Shown here one piece after another: positions 21,387 through 31,392 of a stretch of DNA of 64,000 nucleotides. The notes under the pieces are model-generated. The model ran no database searches and was not told the origin of the DNA. It saw nothing but the letters and a program-made list of their open reading frames with translations. Every line of letters begins with the position of its first letter. Within the stretch, counting starts at the first letter, position 1. The stretch is taken from the NCBI GenBank assembly GCA_963792365.1, contig CAWBVW010000004.1, positions 132,183 to 196,182 on the forward strand. The letters are read 5' to 3'. Source of the DNA: an uncultured bacterium. GTDB taxonomy: Bacteria; Actinomycetota; Acidimicrobiia; Spongiisociales; ZC4RG35. The position numbers were made by a program, and so were the translations under genes.

Positions 21387-22913
21387 TCAGATGCGTCCTT
21401 CGAAGATCGCTCGGACGGTTTCGATGGTGTCGGCATCCTCGGGTTTCTTGTCGGGCCGGTGACCCCGCACCCTGGCGAAGCGAAGCGCCATGCCGCTGGG
21501 GTACCGGGGTGACGGAAGCAGTCCGTCGAAGGCGATCTCGACGACCAGCTCAGGACGGACGTACACGGTCGACTTGGTGCGCCTCGTCTCGAGCGTGAGC
21601 AGGTGTTCGGTCTGCCAGGTGAGCATGGCGTCGGTGAGACCCTTGAACGTCTTGCCCAACATCACGAATTCGCCGTTCTCGGTGTCGAGCGCTCCCAGAT
21701 GCAGGTTCGACAGCCATCCCGTTCGTCGACCATGGCCCCACTCGGCGGCGAGGATGACCAGGTCGAGGGTGTGAACCGGCTTGACCTTGAGCCACGACGA
21801 ACCCCGGCGTCCCGCCTCGTAGACGGATGTGATGTCCTTCACCATCACTCCCTCGTGGCGGAGCTTGCGAGCCTGGCGCAGGAAGTCGGCCGCCGCTTCG
21901 GGGTCCGAGGTGACCAGCCTCGGGATCCGCATCGCTGGCGGGACCACGTCGTCGAGCCGCTGCTGTCGATCGGCGAGACTCAAATCCAAGAGATCGTCGC
22001 CGTCGAGGTGGAGGATGTCGAAGAAGAACGGCAGCACCGGAACCTCGTCTCGCGGTGTGTCGGCGCCGAACCGGCTCATCGTCTCCTGGAAGGGGCTCGG
22101 GCGACCCTGCTCGTCCACGGACATCGCCTCCCCGTCCATCACCAGGCTCTCCACCTCGAGCCCGCGCACTGCACCCACCACCTCCGGCACTCGGGCCGTG
22201 ACGTCGTTCTGATTGCGGGTGAACACAGCCACTTCCCCGCCCCGGCGGTGGACTTGGATGCGAGCCCCGTCGAGCTTCCATTCCACCGAGGCCACGTCGA
22301 AGGCATCCATTGCCGTCTCGATCGACTCGGCGGTGGCGGCGAGCATCGGGAGGATCGGGTTCATCACCTCCAAGCCGATCGCCGTGAGCGCGTTGACATC
22401 GCCTGTCATAGCAAGGGCCGCGACACGGCCCAGATCGCCGGACAGCATCGCCGCCCGCCGCACCACGGCCGGCTCGATGCCGCTGCGCCTTATCACTGCG
22501 TCGAGCACCACCCCGTCGAGGGCGCCGTGCCGCACTCCACCCGTCAAGACCTGACGGAGGAACTCCTGCTCCGGCGCGGTCGCTCTCTCGAGCACTCCGC
22601 CCAGCAGCTCGGCCCGTCGTGCGGCAGAGCCCGCCCCTCGTTCTGCAGCGACCTCGGTCAGCGCGGCGTCGACGTCCTCGACCGTCAATGACGGCTTGAC
22701 GGCGGGAGGCGCCTCCACGCCATAGGCCTGTGCGTATCCGACACCGATCTTGCCCTGCCGTGGCTCGCCACTGAGGAAGCCGACGATGATCGGCACCGAA
22801 TCTCCCGCCTTCGACAGCAATCCGGCGATCTCATCCGCCTTCTTCACGCGACTGCGGGTGGCAGCCATTCGCTCGGATACGGAGGCGACCTCGGCGAACA
22901 AGACTGGCGGCAT
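21387..22913 (-). CDS. ligB: ATP-dependent DNA ligase (LigB type)
   Basis: PMLA, EWKLDGARIQVH, MDGEA, FFDILH, EGVMVK, WLKVKPVHTLDLV, LRFARV. Confidence 0.93.
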   Translation of the reverse strand: MPPVLFAEVASVSERMAATRSRVKKADEIAGLLSKAGDSVPIIVGFLSGEPRQGKIGVGYAQAYGVEAPPAVKPSLTVEDVDAALTEVAAERGAGSAARRAELLGGVLERATAPEQEFLRQVLTGGVRHGALDGVVLDAVIRRSGIEPAVVRRAAMLSGDLGRVAALAMTGDVNALTAIGLEVMNPILPMLAATAESIETAMDAFDVASVEWKLDGARIQVHRRGGEVAVFTRNQNDVTARVPEVVGAVRGLEVESLVMDGEAMSVDEQGRPSPFQETMSRFGADTPRDEVPVLPFFFDILHLDGDDLLDLSLADRQQRLDDVVPPAMRIPRLVTSDPEAAADFLRQARKLRHEGVMVKDITSVYEAGRRGSSWLKVKPVHTLDLVILAAEWGHGRRTGWLSNLHLGALDTENGEFVMLGKTFKGLTDAMLTWQTEHLLTLETRRTKSTVYVRPELVVEIAFDGLLPSPRYPSGMALRFARVRGHRPDKKPEDADTIETVRAIFEGRI

Positions 22914-22960
22914 GGCGGTTGAGCCTATCGGTGCCGCCACCGAATAGGGTTCGGTCCTTC

Positions 22961-23767
22961 ATGCGTTTCGCCATCAACCTGCCCAACTTCGGCGATCTCG
23001 CCGATCCGAACCAGATGGTGGACCTCGCTGTCACCGCCGAGAATGCCGGGTGGGACGGATTCTTCGTCTGGGATCACATCGTGATCGCCGATGGCGTGCC
23101 GGTCGCCGACCCTTGGGTCTTGCTTGCGGCCATCGGTCAGGCCACCGACCGGATCGTGATCGGGCCGATGGTCACACCAATGCCACGACGCCGGCCGTGG
23201 GTGCTCGCACGCCAGGCGGCGTCGCTCCAGCAACTGACACGAGGGAGAACCGTGTTGGGTGTCGGGATCGGGTTTCCACCCCAGGAAGAATTCGGGACGT
23301 TCGGCGAGCCGACGGACGAGCGCATCCGAGCAGACATGCTCGACGAGGGTCTGGAGGTCGTCCGGGGCATCTGGTCCGGAGAACCGTTCGCTCACGAGGG
23401 GCAGCACTATCGAGTCGCGGTCGAGACTCGGTTCGCCCCCGTTCCCGCCGACCGAATCCCGATCTGGGTGGCGGGGATGTGGCCCCATCGCCGACCCATG
23501 CGTCGCGCAGCGCGCTTCGATGGGGTGTTTCCGATCTCGGCCGACATGTCCATGCTCTCCCCCGAAGAGGTGGCCGAGATCGTGGCGTACGTGTCGGAGC
23601 ACCGCTCCACGTCTGATGAATTCGATGTGGTGATCGGCGGCCCGTCCACCGACGTCGACCTCGCGGCGTATCGCCATGCGGGTGTCACCTGGTACCAGAT
23701 GACGCCGGAGCTTCCGTCCGAGGAGCGCCGCCAGATGATCGCCGCCGGACCGCCCCGCCTCGATTGA
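22961..23767 (+). CDS. LLM-class (luciferase-like) flavin-dependent oxidoreductase
   Basis: AENAGWDGFFVWDH, DPWVLLAA, TPMPRRRPW, GRTVLGVGIG, PIWVAG. Confidence 0.9.
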   Translation: MRFAINLPNFGDLADPNQMVDLAVTAENAGWDGFFVWDHIVIADGVPVADPWVLLAAIGQATDRIVIGPMVTPMPRRRPWVLARQAASLQQLTRGRTVLGVGIGFPPQEEFGTFGEPTDERIRADMLDEGLEVVRGIWSGEPFAHEGQHYRVAVETRFAPVPADRIPIWVAGMWPHRRPMRRAARFDGVFPISADMSMLSPEEVAEIVAYVSEHRSTSDEFDVVIGGPSTDVDLAAYRHAGVTWYQMTPELPSEERRQMIAAGPPRLD

Positions 23768-25178
23768 CAGGTTGGTGAGAGCCGGTCACCACGGCCGACA
23801 AGACAGAGATGCCGTTGTCGTCGAAATAGCCCGAGTGACCGACCGAGCCTGTGAAGTCGAGTTGCAGGGCGCCGAACGAGGCGTGGGTCGGATTGGCCCC
23901 GTGAACCAGTCGTTGCGGGTCCCCGTCGGCATCCGATGTTCCGCCGATCGCGGCCAGCGCAGAAAGCTCGTCGATCGGATCCCACGGTGCCGAACCGGAC
24001 CACACCCGGGCGCCGGGGGCGAGATGCAACGACGCGACCGACGTTGGAGGCACTCCCGGGCTGCCCACGAGAACCAGATCGTCGACCGCCAGGCCTTCGG
24101 CCGCGGCGATGGATGCCACAACGGACCCGTAGGAGTGGCCGATCACCGTCACATGTGCGTCGGGGCGATGCTCCCTGAGCCAGGTGACGAAGGCGGCCAA
24201 CTCCGTGGCCCCGGCCTGGGCCACTTCGGTATCGAGAGCCGACCAGGCGATGGGGCCGGTGCCGAGCGGTCCGCCACCGGGTGCGTCGTACCCGAGCCAC
24301 GCCACCACGGCCACGGTCGGATCGGCGGCCTGGAGGTCGGCGGCCGCCCGGCGAAGCCGCTCATCGAAGTTGTATTCGGAGGACGTCACGCCCGGCACCA
24401 CGACGGCGATGTGGCGAGCCGAGTCGATCGGTCCGAGAACCTCGACCACCCGGCCACCGCTCTCCGCCGAGTAGGCGAGGAAGACCCTGCCGGACGCGGC
24501 CCACTCACGAAGCCGGTCGCGATGGCGCCGCAGCCTTCCGATGATCGCGAAGTCGACCCCGCGCACTCCCAGCAGACGGAGATACACCCGGAACCGTTCC
24601 AATCTGGCGATACCGTCGGTGAGTCGACCCTCGGCGTGATGCGTCATCGCCACCCGTGCATCCCGGGACAACGCGGCAAGCTCGGACTCCATGGAGTCGG
24701 AGGCCACGATCGATCCCAGCGCCACGGCGGCTTCTGCGAGCCGGATCACCGGTCGGCGGGTCAAGAGCGAGTCCAAGAGAAAGGCAGCTCGGCGATCCTC
24801 ACGATCGAATGCCTCCACCGCCGTCGCGATCCCGACGGTCGCCTGCCGCTCGATCTCGATGGCGGCGGGGTCCTCGGCGATCACGCTCTCGGCCGCCGTC
24901 AGCCGGGCCGACCAGTGGCTGACGGACGCCTGCGCGACCTCCGCCGAGACGGCCAGTTCGGCGACGACGCCGACCGCATTCCGAAGGTCGATGCCGATGT
25001 GGCGACGAGCATCACCCAGGCGAGCCCGGACCGCGGCGTACGCTGCCGAACCCGGTCCCAACCACAACAGGGGATCCGCATCGGCCGGCCAATCGGTGTC
25101 CGCCGCGATGAGGTCCCCGAGGGTGGCCAGGTCCCGTGCGACCCGCCGGAGCGCCGATGGGTCCGGTATCGGGTTCAC
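23685..25178 (-). CDS. Alpha/beta hydrolase (DUF1023/Abhydrolase_8-like) with N-terminal WXG100-like helical domain
   Basis: GRVVEVLG, HIAVVVPG, VAWLGYDAP, GHSYGS, VGSPG, DPI, GHSGYF; helical N-terminus with WLG; GTG start overlaps the upstream stop (GTGA). Confidence 0.82.
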   Translation of the reverse strand: MNPIPDPSALRRVARDLATLGDLIAADTDWPADADPLLWLGPGSAAYAAVRARLGDARRHIGIDLRNAVGVVAELAVSAEVAQASVSHWSARLTAAESVIAEDPAAIEIERQATVGIATAVEAFDREDRRAAFLLDSLLTRRPVIRLAEAAVALGSIVASDSMESELAALSRDARVAMTHHAEGRLTDGIARLERFRVYLRLLGVRGVDFAIIGRLRRHRDRLREWAASGRVFLAYSAESGGRVVEVLGPIDSARHIAVVVPGVTSSEYNFDERLRRAAADLQAADPTVAVVAWLGYDAPGGGPLGTGPIAWSALDTEVAQAGATELAAFVTWLREHRPDAHVTVIGHSYGSVVASIAAAEGLAVDDLVLVGSPGVPPTSVASLHLAPGARVWSGSAPWDPIDELSALAAIGGTSDADGDPQRLVHGANPTHASFGALQLDFTGSVGHSGYFDDNGISVLSAVVTGSHQPVNRGGAVRRRSSGGAPRTEAPASSGTR

Positions 25179-25435
25179 GATGCTTCGAGCGCTACATACC
25201 GATCGAGCGAGCGGTCCAGTGCTGCGGCCAGATCGGCATCCGCAACGGCGAGCTCCTCCATCCGCAACGACAACCGCTCACACAGGTAGGCAAGTGATCG
25301 GCATCCGACCCCGGGCTCGAACGCCACCGGATCGCCGATTCGCCGATGCACGATCGTCGCCGACCGCTCTGACCGAAGCATGTGGGCTCGGCGGAGGGCG
25401 GCCAGCTCGGGAAACGCAACTCTGATTTCAGTCAT
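25175..25435 (-). CDS. Small helical protein (86 aa), WXG100-like, with C-terminal YxxxE
   Basis: MTEIRVAFPELAAL...LAAALDRSLDRYVALEAS; coupled to the hydrolase; -10-like TACGTT upstream. Confidence 0.6.
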   Translation of the reverse strand: MTEIRVAFPELAALRRAHMLRSERSATIVHRRIGDPVAFEPGVGCRSLAYLCERLSLRMEELAVADADLAAALDRSLDRYVALEAS

Positions 25436-25469
25436 CACCGGGCGAACGTATCGACGCCGGCGAGGTCGA

Positions 25470-26051
25470 TCAAGAGGTCTGACCGAACACCGAGACACCG
25501 GCCCGACGAAGCAGTCTGACGGCGAGCGCCATCGGTAGTCCGACCACATTCGACGGGCTCCCCTCCACCGATTCGACGAAGGCACCCGCGGCTCCCTGCA
25601 TGCCGTACGCCCCGGCCTTGTCCATCGGCTCCCCCGAGTCGACGTACGCCCCGATCTCCGTGTCCGTCAGCTCGACGAACCGGACTGCCGTCCGCTCCGT
25701 GTCGGACCACACCTCCGTGTCCGATTCACAACGAGCGACCGCAACGCCGGTGACCACGGTGTGACGATCACCGGACAGGCGCTCGAGCATGGACCTGGCC
25801 TCATGGGGGTGGCCGGGCTTACCCAGCATCACACCGCGATGCACCACCACCGTGTCGGCGGCGAGCACCACACAGCCTGCCTCCACCACGGCGAGGGCCT
25901 TGTCGCGCGCCACCCGCTCGGCGAACGAGCTCGGAGACTCGTCGGGATGCCGGGCCTCCGACACACCGGAAGGACGCACCTCGAAATCGAGGCCGAGGGT
26001 TTCGAGCATTCCACGCCGTCGCGGCGACTCGGAGGCCAACACCAAACGCAT
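25470..26051 (-). CDS. maf: Maf-family nucleoside triphosphate pyrophosphatase
   Basis: LVLASESPRR, AADTVV, LGKP, DKAGAYGMQG, GSPSNVVGLP. Confidence 0.93.
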   Translation of the reverse strand: MRLVLASESPRRRGMLETLGLDFEVRPSGVSEARHPDESPSSFAERVARDKALAVVEAGCVVLAADTVVVHRGVMLGKPGHPHEARSMLERLSGDRHTVVTGVAVARCESDTEVWSDTERTAVRFVELTDTEIGAYVDSGEPMDKAGAYGMQGAAGAFVESVEGSPSNVVGLPMALAVRLLRRAGVSVFGQTS

Positions 26052-26101
26052 GGACCGCACGCTACCCCGTCGGGCCGGGCGTTCGATCGACCGCCGCGCT
26101 G

Positions 26102-26530
26102 TCAGGTTCTGGGAATGGTGAGTACCGGTCGAGTCGACTGGAGGATGATCTCCTGGGCTTTGCTTCCCATGAGCATCTTCCCGACCCGCGAGCGGTTCTT
26201 GATCGTGATCACAACAACGTCGGCTCCGACTCGATCGGCGACCGCATGGATCTCGGTGGCGGGATCCCCAAACGTGACGTGACGTTCCACGTGGAGGTCC
26301 GGCGCCAGCTCCAACACCATACGTTCCATGCGGGTCTGGGCTTGTTGCTCGACCTGCTTGCGCCTGGTGGGGACGTCGTGCGTCGCCAATTCGGCGGACA
26401 CGTCGCTCCCGGTGAGCACTGCCACAGTCACGAGCCGGCCACCGACGCTGCGGGCCAACTCGATCGCCGCCTTGAAGCCGGCCTGCGATGAATCCTCGAG
26501 GTCCATCGGTGCAAGGATCGTCTCAAACAC
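26102..26530 (-). CDS. Universal stress protein
   Basis: TILAPMD, GDPATEI, ADVVVI, LMGSKAQEII, PVLTI. Confidence 0.9.
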   Translation of the reverse strand: MFETILAPMDLEDSSQAGFKAAIELARSVGGRLVTVAVLTGSDVSAELATHDVPTRRKQVEQQAQTRMERMVLELAPDLHVERHVTFGDPATEIHAVADRVGADVVVITIKNRSRVGKMLMGSKAQEIILQSTRPVLTIPRT

Positions 26531-26684
26531 GTTGCCTCTGGGGTCGGTGACGACACCGAGCCTACTCGGGCATCACCGGCGCGCCCCGTCGAGAGCCGAA
26601 CCGGCAACGAACGCCGAACGGGACTGGTGGCCGCCGACGAAAACGCCTCGAAGATTCGAACGCACGCCGTGTACATTCGTTCGG

Positions 26685-27599
26685 ATGACCGAGACCCTGG
26701 TGCATGCCCGCGGACTGGTGAAACGCTTCGGAGACTTCACCGCGGTCGACGGCATCGACTTCGACGTCCGTCGCGGCGAAGTATTCGGGTTCCTGGGGCC
26801 GAACGGCGCGGGGAAGAGCTCGACCATGAAGATGATCGGAACGGTGTCGCCCGTCACATCCGGCGACCTCACCGTGCTCGGCCTGGACCCGGCCAAAGAC
26901 GGTCGCGACATTCGTGCCCGGCTTGGCGTCGTTCCACAAGAGGACAGTCTCGACATGGAGTTGACGGTCGAGGAGAACCTGATGATCTACGGCCGATACT
27001 TCGACCTGCCCAGGGCCGAGGTCCGATCGCGGATCACAGAGCTCCTGGAGTTCGCCCAACTGACCGAACGCCGCACCAGCAAGGTCGACCCCCTTTCGGG
27101 CGGCATGAAGCGGCGCCTCACCATCGCCCGCGGGCTCATCAATCGACCCGAGATGTTGCTGCTCGACGAGCCGACCACAGGCCTCGATCCGCAAGCCCGC
27201 CATGTGCTTTGGGACCGCCTCTACCGGCTGAAGCGTGATGGTGTGACGCTCATCATCACCACCCACTACATGGACGAGGCGGAACAGCTGTGTGACCGGC
27301 TCGTCATCATGGATCGCGGCACGATCGTCGGCGAGGGTTCGCCACGAGAGCTCATCGAAGGCCACACCTCTGGCGAGGTGGTTGAGGTCAGGCTCAACCC
27401 CGATGATGCCCCCGAGACGCTTCACGGGATCGGAGACAGCCAGGAGATACTGCCGGATCGGGTGCTGATCTCGACATCCGACGCCGAGAAGGTGCTGTTC
27501 GTGGTCAACGAACGGGTGACGCCTGCAATGACGCTCGTTCGGCGATCGACACTGGAAGACGTGTTTCTCACCCTCACCGGGCGGACGCTGGTCGACTGA
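26685..27599 (+). CDS. ABC-2 exporter ATP-binding protein (NodI-like)
   Basis: GPNGAGKSS, LSGGMKRRL, LLLDEPTTGLD, TTHYMDEA; start ATG 26685. Confidence 0.93.
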   Translation: MTETLVHARGLVKRFGDFTAVDGIDFDVRRGEVFGFLGPNGAGKSSTMKMIGTVSPVTSGDLTVLGLDPAKDGRDIRARLGVVPQEDSLDMELTVEENLMIYGRYFDLPRAEVRSRITELLEFAQLTERRTSKVDPLSGGMKRRLTIARGLINRPEMLLLDEPTTGLDPQARHVLWDRLYRLKRDGVTLIITTHYMDEAEQLCDRLVIMDRGTIVGEGSPRELIEGHTSGEVVEVRLNPDDAPETLHGIGDSQEILPDRVLISTSDAEKVLFVVNERVTPAMTLVRRSTLEDVFLTLTGRTLVD

Positions 27600-27600
27600 C

Positions 27601-28365
27601 ATGACGACCACGCTGCGAGTGATCGAGTCTCACGCCCGCCGCTACCGCCACACGTGGCGGTCCTCGGTGTTCACGAGCTTCGTCAACCCATTCCTCCTAC
27701 TGCTGGCGATGGGCGTCGGGCTGGGCTCTCTCGTCGACTCGAATGCGGGAGTCGACGGCCTCCCGTACCTTGCGTTCCTCGCGCCCGGGTTGCTGGCGGC
27801 CACTGCCATGCAGACGGCCGCGGGCGAGTCGAGCTACACGCTCATGGCCGGCATCAAATGGATCAAGACCTATGACGCCGCGCTCGCCACACCGGTGACC
27901 GTCGACGATCTGTTGCGCGGCCACATCGGATGGGCGACAATCCGCTGCGCACAGGTCGTCACGGTGTTTGCGGTCGTGGAGATCGCCTTCGGCGCAGTGG
28001 GCATCGGTCCCGGACTCGCCTCGATCGTCCCGGCGGTGATCACCGGCATCGCCTTCACCACACCGATCACCTGGTTCACCGCCTCGCTCGAGAACGACGC
28101 CGCCCTGGCCAGCCTCTTCAGGTTTGGGATCGTCCCATTGTTCCTGTTCAGCGGGACGTTCTTCCCGATCAGCCAACTGCCGACCTGGATGCAGCCGCTG
28201 GCGGTGCTCACGCCCCTGTGGCATGGGGTGGAATGGGCTCGCAACTGGGCGCTGGGAACCGAATCCGCATGGCCGTGGTGGGGTCATGCGCTCTTCCTCG
28301 TCGGGGTGGCCGCCGTCGGCTGGATGGGCGCGGCAAACACTCTGCGAAGAAAGCTCATCAAGTGA
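27601..28365 (+). CDS. ABC-2 permease (NodJ-like)
   Basis: Six TM segments; YLAFLAPGLLA, LFSGTFFPISQLP, PLWHGV. Confidence 0.9.
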   Translation: MTTTLRVIESHARRYRHTWRSSVFTSFVNPFLLLLAMGVGLGSLVDSNAGVDGLPYLAFLAPGLLAATAMQTAAGESSYTLMAGIKWIKTYDAALATPVTVDDLLRGHIGWATIRCAQVVTVFAVVEIAFGAVGIGPGLASIVPAVITGIAFTTPITWFTASLENDAALASLFRFGIVPLFLFSGTFFPISQLPTWMQPLAVLTPLWHGVEWARNWALGTESAWPWWGHALFLVGVAAVGWMGAANTLRRKLIK

Positions 28366-29168
28366 CATCCCAACTCGATCTCAGGGCGACGCCTCCGATC
28401 CTGGTCCGCGGCCTTCGTGGGCATCGCATCATCGAGCGCAACCTGATGGTGACCCGGCGTGCCTGGACGGTGATCGTCTCGGGCTTCTTCGAGCCCGTCT
28501 TCTACCTGTTCTCGATCGGTGTGGGTGTCGGAGCCCTCGTCGGCGACGTGACGGTCGACGGACGCCCGATCCCATATGCCGCGTACATCGCACCCGCCCT
28601 GCTTGCGGCGTCAGCCATGAACGGTGCCGTCTACGAGTCGACGCTGAACATCTTCTTCAAACTCAAGTGGGGCAAGGTCTACGACGCCATGTTGACCACC
28701 CCATTGCGTCCGATCGACATCCTCACCGGTGAGATCGGCTATTCGCTGATGCGAGGCGCGATCTACTCGGTGGGGTTCTTGGTGGTCATGGTGGGCTTCG
28801 GGCTCGCCGAGTCGTGGTGGGCGGTGATGGCGATCCCTTGCGCCTTCCTCATCGGGTTGGCATTCGCCTCCGTCGGCTTCGCCGCCACCACCTACATGCG
28901 GAGTTGGCAGGATTTCGACCTGATCAACCTGGTGACACTGCCGCTGTTCCTGTTCTCGGCGACCTTCTATCCGTTGGACGTGTACCCCGAGTTCTTCCAA
29001 CAGTTCACCAAGATCTCTCCCCTCTATCACGGCGTGAGTCTGATCCGGGGATTCACCCTGGGGATCTTCGAGCTGAGCATGATCGGCCACACCCTGTTCC
29101 TCGTCGCCATGGCGTCGGTCGGGATGGTCGTCGCCCGCCGACGCCTCGACCAACTCCTCCTCACCTGA
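28362..29168 (+). CDS. ABC-2 permease (NodJ-like)
   Basis: FEPVFYL, YIAPALLA, LFSATFYPL, PLYHGV; GTG start overlaps the previous stop. Confidence 0.9.
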   Translation: MTSQLDLRATPPILVRGLRGHRIIERNLMVTRRAWTVIVSGFFEPVFYLFSIGVGVGALVGDVTVDGRPIPYAAYIAPALLAASAMNGAVYESTLNIFFKLKWGKVYDAMLTTPLRPIDILTGEIGYSLMRGAIYSVGFLVVMVGFGLAESWWAVMAIPCAFLIGLAFASVGFAATTYMRSWQDFDLINLVTLPLFLFSATFYPLDVYPEFFQQFTKISPLYHGVSLIRGFTLGIFELSMIGHTLFLVAMASVGMVVARRRLDQLLLT

Positions 29169-29178
29169 CGCCCCGAAT

Positions 29179-29233
29179 CGGGTTTTCGCGCACAAAGGGC
29201 GTGAATAACGCACCTTTTGTGCGCGAAAACCCG
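29179..29233. repeat. REP-like palindrome, copy 1 (inverted relative to copies 2 and 3)
   Basis: CGGGTTTTCGCGCACAAA-19 nt-TTTGTGCGCGAAAACCCG, 10 nt after a stop codon. Confidence 0.85.
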
Positions 29234-29277
29234 GTCGGGGTGTCGTCGGGGGTTGTCGCCGGATAGATTGTGAGGCC

Positions 29278-30237
29278 ATGCTCTCGCCTCGCCTACGGAC
29301 CGACATGTACGCATGGATGAGCCTGACCCGCGCGTTCGACGACACGATGGTGTCGATGTGGAAGTCGGGGCGAGGAGTCGGTGGGACCTTCAGCGAGCGG
29401 GGACACGAAGCCATCTCGGTGGGGGTGGGCATGGCCATGGGCGGCGACGATGTGGCGACGCCCATGCACCGCGACCTCGGCACCTACCTGGTCCGCGGGA
29501 TGGCGCCGGAGCGGATCTTCGGCAACCTGCTCGGACGGGTCACAGGCCCGACGCAGGGACGCGACGCCAACCTCCACGGCCTGGGCGACCTGTCGCTCGG
29601 GTTGATCGGCTTCATCAGCCACATCCCCCAGGCCCTTCCCACCGCGCTCGGGGTAGCCATGTCGTTCCGGCACCGGTCCGAGCCCCGGGTCGCCGTCACG
29701 TTCGTCGGCGATGGCGGCACAACATCCGGCGGCTTCCACGAGGTGCTCAACATGGCCGCGTTGTGGGACGCACCGCTCGTGATCGTGGTGGAGAACAACC
29801 AGTACGCCTACTCGACACCGCTCCACCAGCAGATGCGTGCCATCAACATCGTGTCCAAGGCCTCGGCGCACGGCGTCGACGGCACCAAGGTCGACGGCAA
29901 CGATGTGGAAGCGGTGTTCGAAGCGGCGAGGCGCGCCATCGAGGTCGCCCGGGGCGGAGGCGGGCCGTATCTGATCCAGGCGGACACGATGCGAATGCTG
30001 GGTCACGCGATCCACGACGGCGCCGAGTACGTCCCCGAAGGCATGCTCGAAGAGTGGGGTCGACGCGACCCGCTTGTGGTGCACCGTCGCCGGCTGCTGG
30101 CGGAGAGCGTCGCCACCGAAGATGCGCTCGACTCACTCGACAAGGCGGCCAAGGCACGAGTCGAGTCGGCCGTCGAGGCCGCCGAAGCGGCTGACCTGCC
30201 CGATCCCGACACGCTCCTGGACGGGGTGTTCGCATGA
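29278..30237 (+). CDS. TPP-dependent 2-oxoacid dehydrogenase E1 alpha subunit
   Basis: GHEA, HRD, GDGG...ENNQYAYST TPP motif, VDGND, RMLGH. Confidence 0.92.
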   Translation: MLSPRLRTDMYAWMSLTRAFDDTMVSMWKSGRGVGGTFSERGHEAISVGVGMAMGGDDVATPMHRDLGTYLVRGMAPERIFGNLLGRVTGPTQGRDANLHGLGDLSLGLIGFISHIPQALPTALGVAMSFRHRSEPRVAVTFVGDGGTTSGGFHEVLNMAALWDAPLVIVVENNQYAYSTPLHQQMRAINIVSKASAHGVDGTKVDGNDVEAVFEAARRAIEVARGGGGPYLIQADTMRMLGHAIHDGAEYVPEGMLEEWGRRDPLVVHRRRLLAESVATEDALDSLDKAAKARVESAVEAAEAADLPDPDTLLDGVFA

Positions 30238-31256
30238 CGGGCGACAACTTCGGCTTCACGGAGGCAGAGCATTCCGAGGGGCGAGAGCTCACCTATCTCG
30301 AGGCGATCGCAGAGGCCATCGCACTCGAGATGAAACGAGACGAGAACGTGATGGTCCTTGGAGAGGACGTCGGTGGCGACTTCGGAGGGGCGTTCAAGGT
30401 CACCAAAGGCCTGGCGGCCAAGTTCGGCGACAACCGGGTGTTGAACACTCCCATCGCCGAGCTGTCCTTCACGGGCATGGCGACCGGGATGGCATTGATG
30501 GGCATGCGCCCGATCATCGAGATGCAGTTCGCCGACTTCATCTCGACTGCCTTCGACTCCATCGTCCAGTTCGCCGCCACCACCCACTATCGCTGGCAGG
30601 CAGCGGTGCCGTGGGTGATACGAGCACCGTCGGATGGCGGGATCAGCTCGGGGCCGTATCACTCCCAGAATCCGGAGGCATGGTTCGTCCACACGCCTGG
30701 GCTCAAAGTTGTGGCCCCGTCGAACCCAGCCGACGCGAAGGGTCTTCTCGCCGCCGCCGTTCGCGACGACAACCCGGTGATCTACTTCGAGTCCAAACCG
30801 CTCTACCGGTCGTCGCGAGGTCACGTGCCCGAGGGTGAGCACGTCCTCGAGCTCGGAAAGGCGGCGACGGTCCGAGAAGGCGACGACCTGACGATCATCA
30901 CGTACGGCACCATGGTTCGCGAGGCGTGCGCCGCCGCCGACCGGCTCACCGGGAACGGCGTGAGTGCGATGGTCGTGGACGTGCGCTCCCTCAAGCCCCT
31001 CGACACCGAGGCTGTGCTCACCGCGGCCTCGCGCACCGGAAAGGTCATCGTTGCGCACGCCGCAAACCGGCTTGCCGGGGTGGGAGCTGAGATCGCGGCC
31101 CTCATCGCCGAGGAGGCATTCGAGTCGCTCGACGGACCGATCATCAGACTGGGAGGCGCCGACACGCCGGTTCCGTTCAGCCCTCCGCTGGAAGCCGCCT
31201 ACCGGCCGAGCGCAGAGAAGATCGAGCAGGCAGCCCTGAAGTTGGCGGCGTACTGA
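30234..31256 (+). CDS. 2-oxoacid dehydrogenase E1 beta subunit
   Basis: LGEDVG, NTPIAE, EMQFADF, HSQNPE, PGLKVV, DNPVIYFE, DVRSLKPLD. Confidence 0.93.
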   Translation: MTGDNFGFTEAEHSEGRELTYLEAIAEAIALEMKRDENVMVLGEDVGGDFGGAFKVTKGLAAKFGDNRVLNTPIAELSFTGMATGMALMGMRPIIEMQFADFISTAFDSIVQFAATTHYRWQAAVPWVIRAPSDGGISSGPYHSQNPEAWFVHTPGLKVVAPSNPADAKGLLAAAVRDDNPVIYFESKPLYRSSRGHVPEGEHVLELGKAATVREGDDLTIITYGTMVREACAAADRLTGNGVSAMVVDVRSLKPLDTEAVLTAASRTGKVIVAHAANRLAGVGAEIAALIAEEAFESLDGPIIRLGGADTPVPFSPPLEAAYRPSAEKIEQAALKLAAY

Positions 31257-31392
31257 CCGCTCATCACGTCGCCGCGGGGCCGAGAATCCGACCGTTCTTG
31301 TCGGCCGGCCGGTCGTTTGGCTTGGTCAACGTCATTCGACCTACTCTCTCGTTCGGACGGGTTCCCGTCCACCATCAACGTGGAGGAAACGA

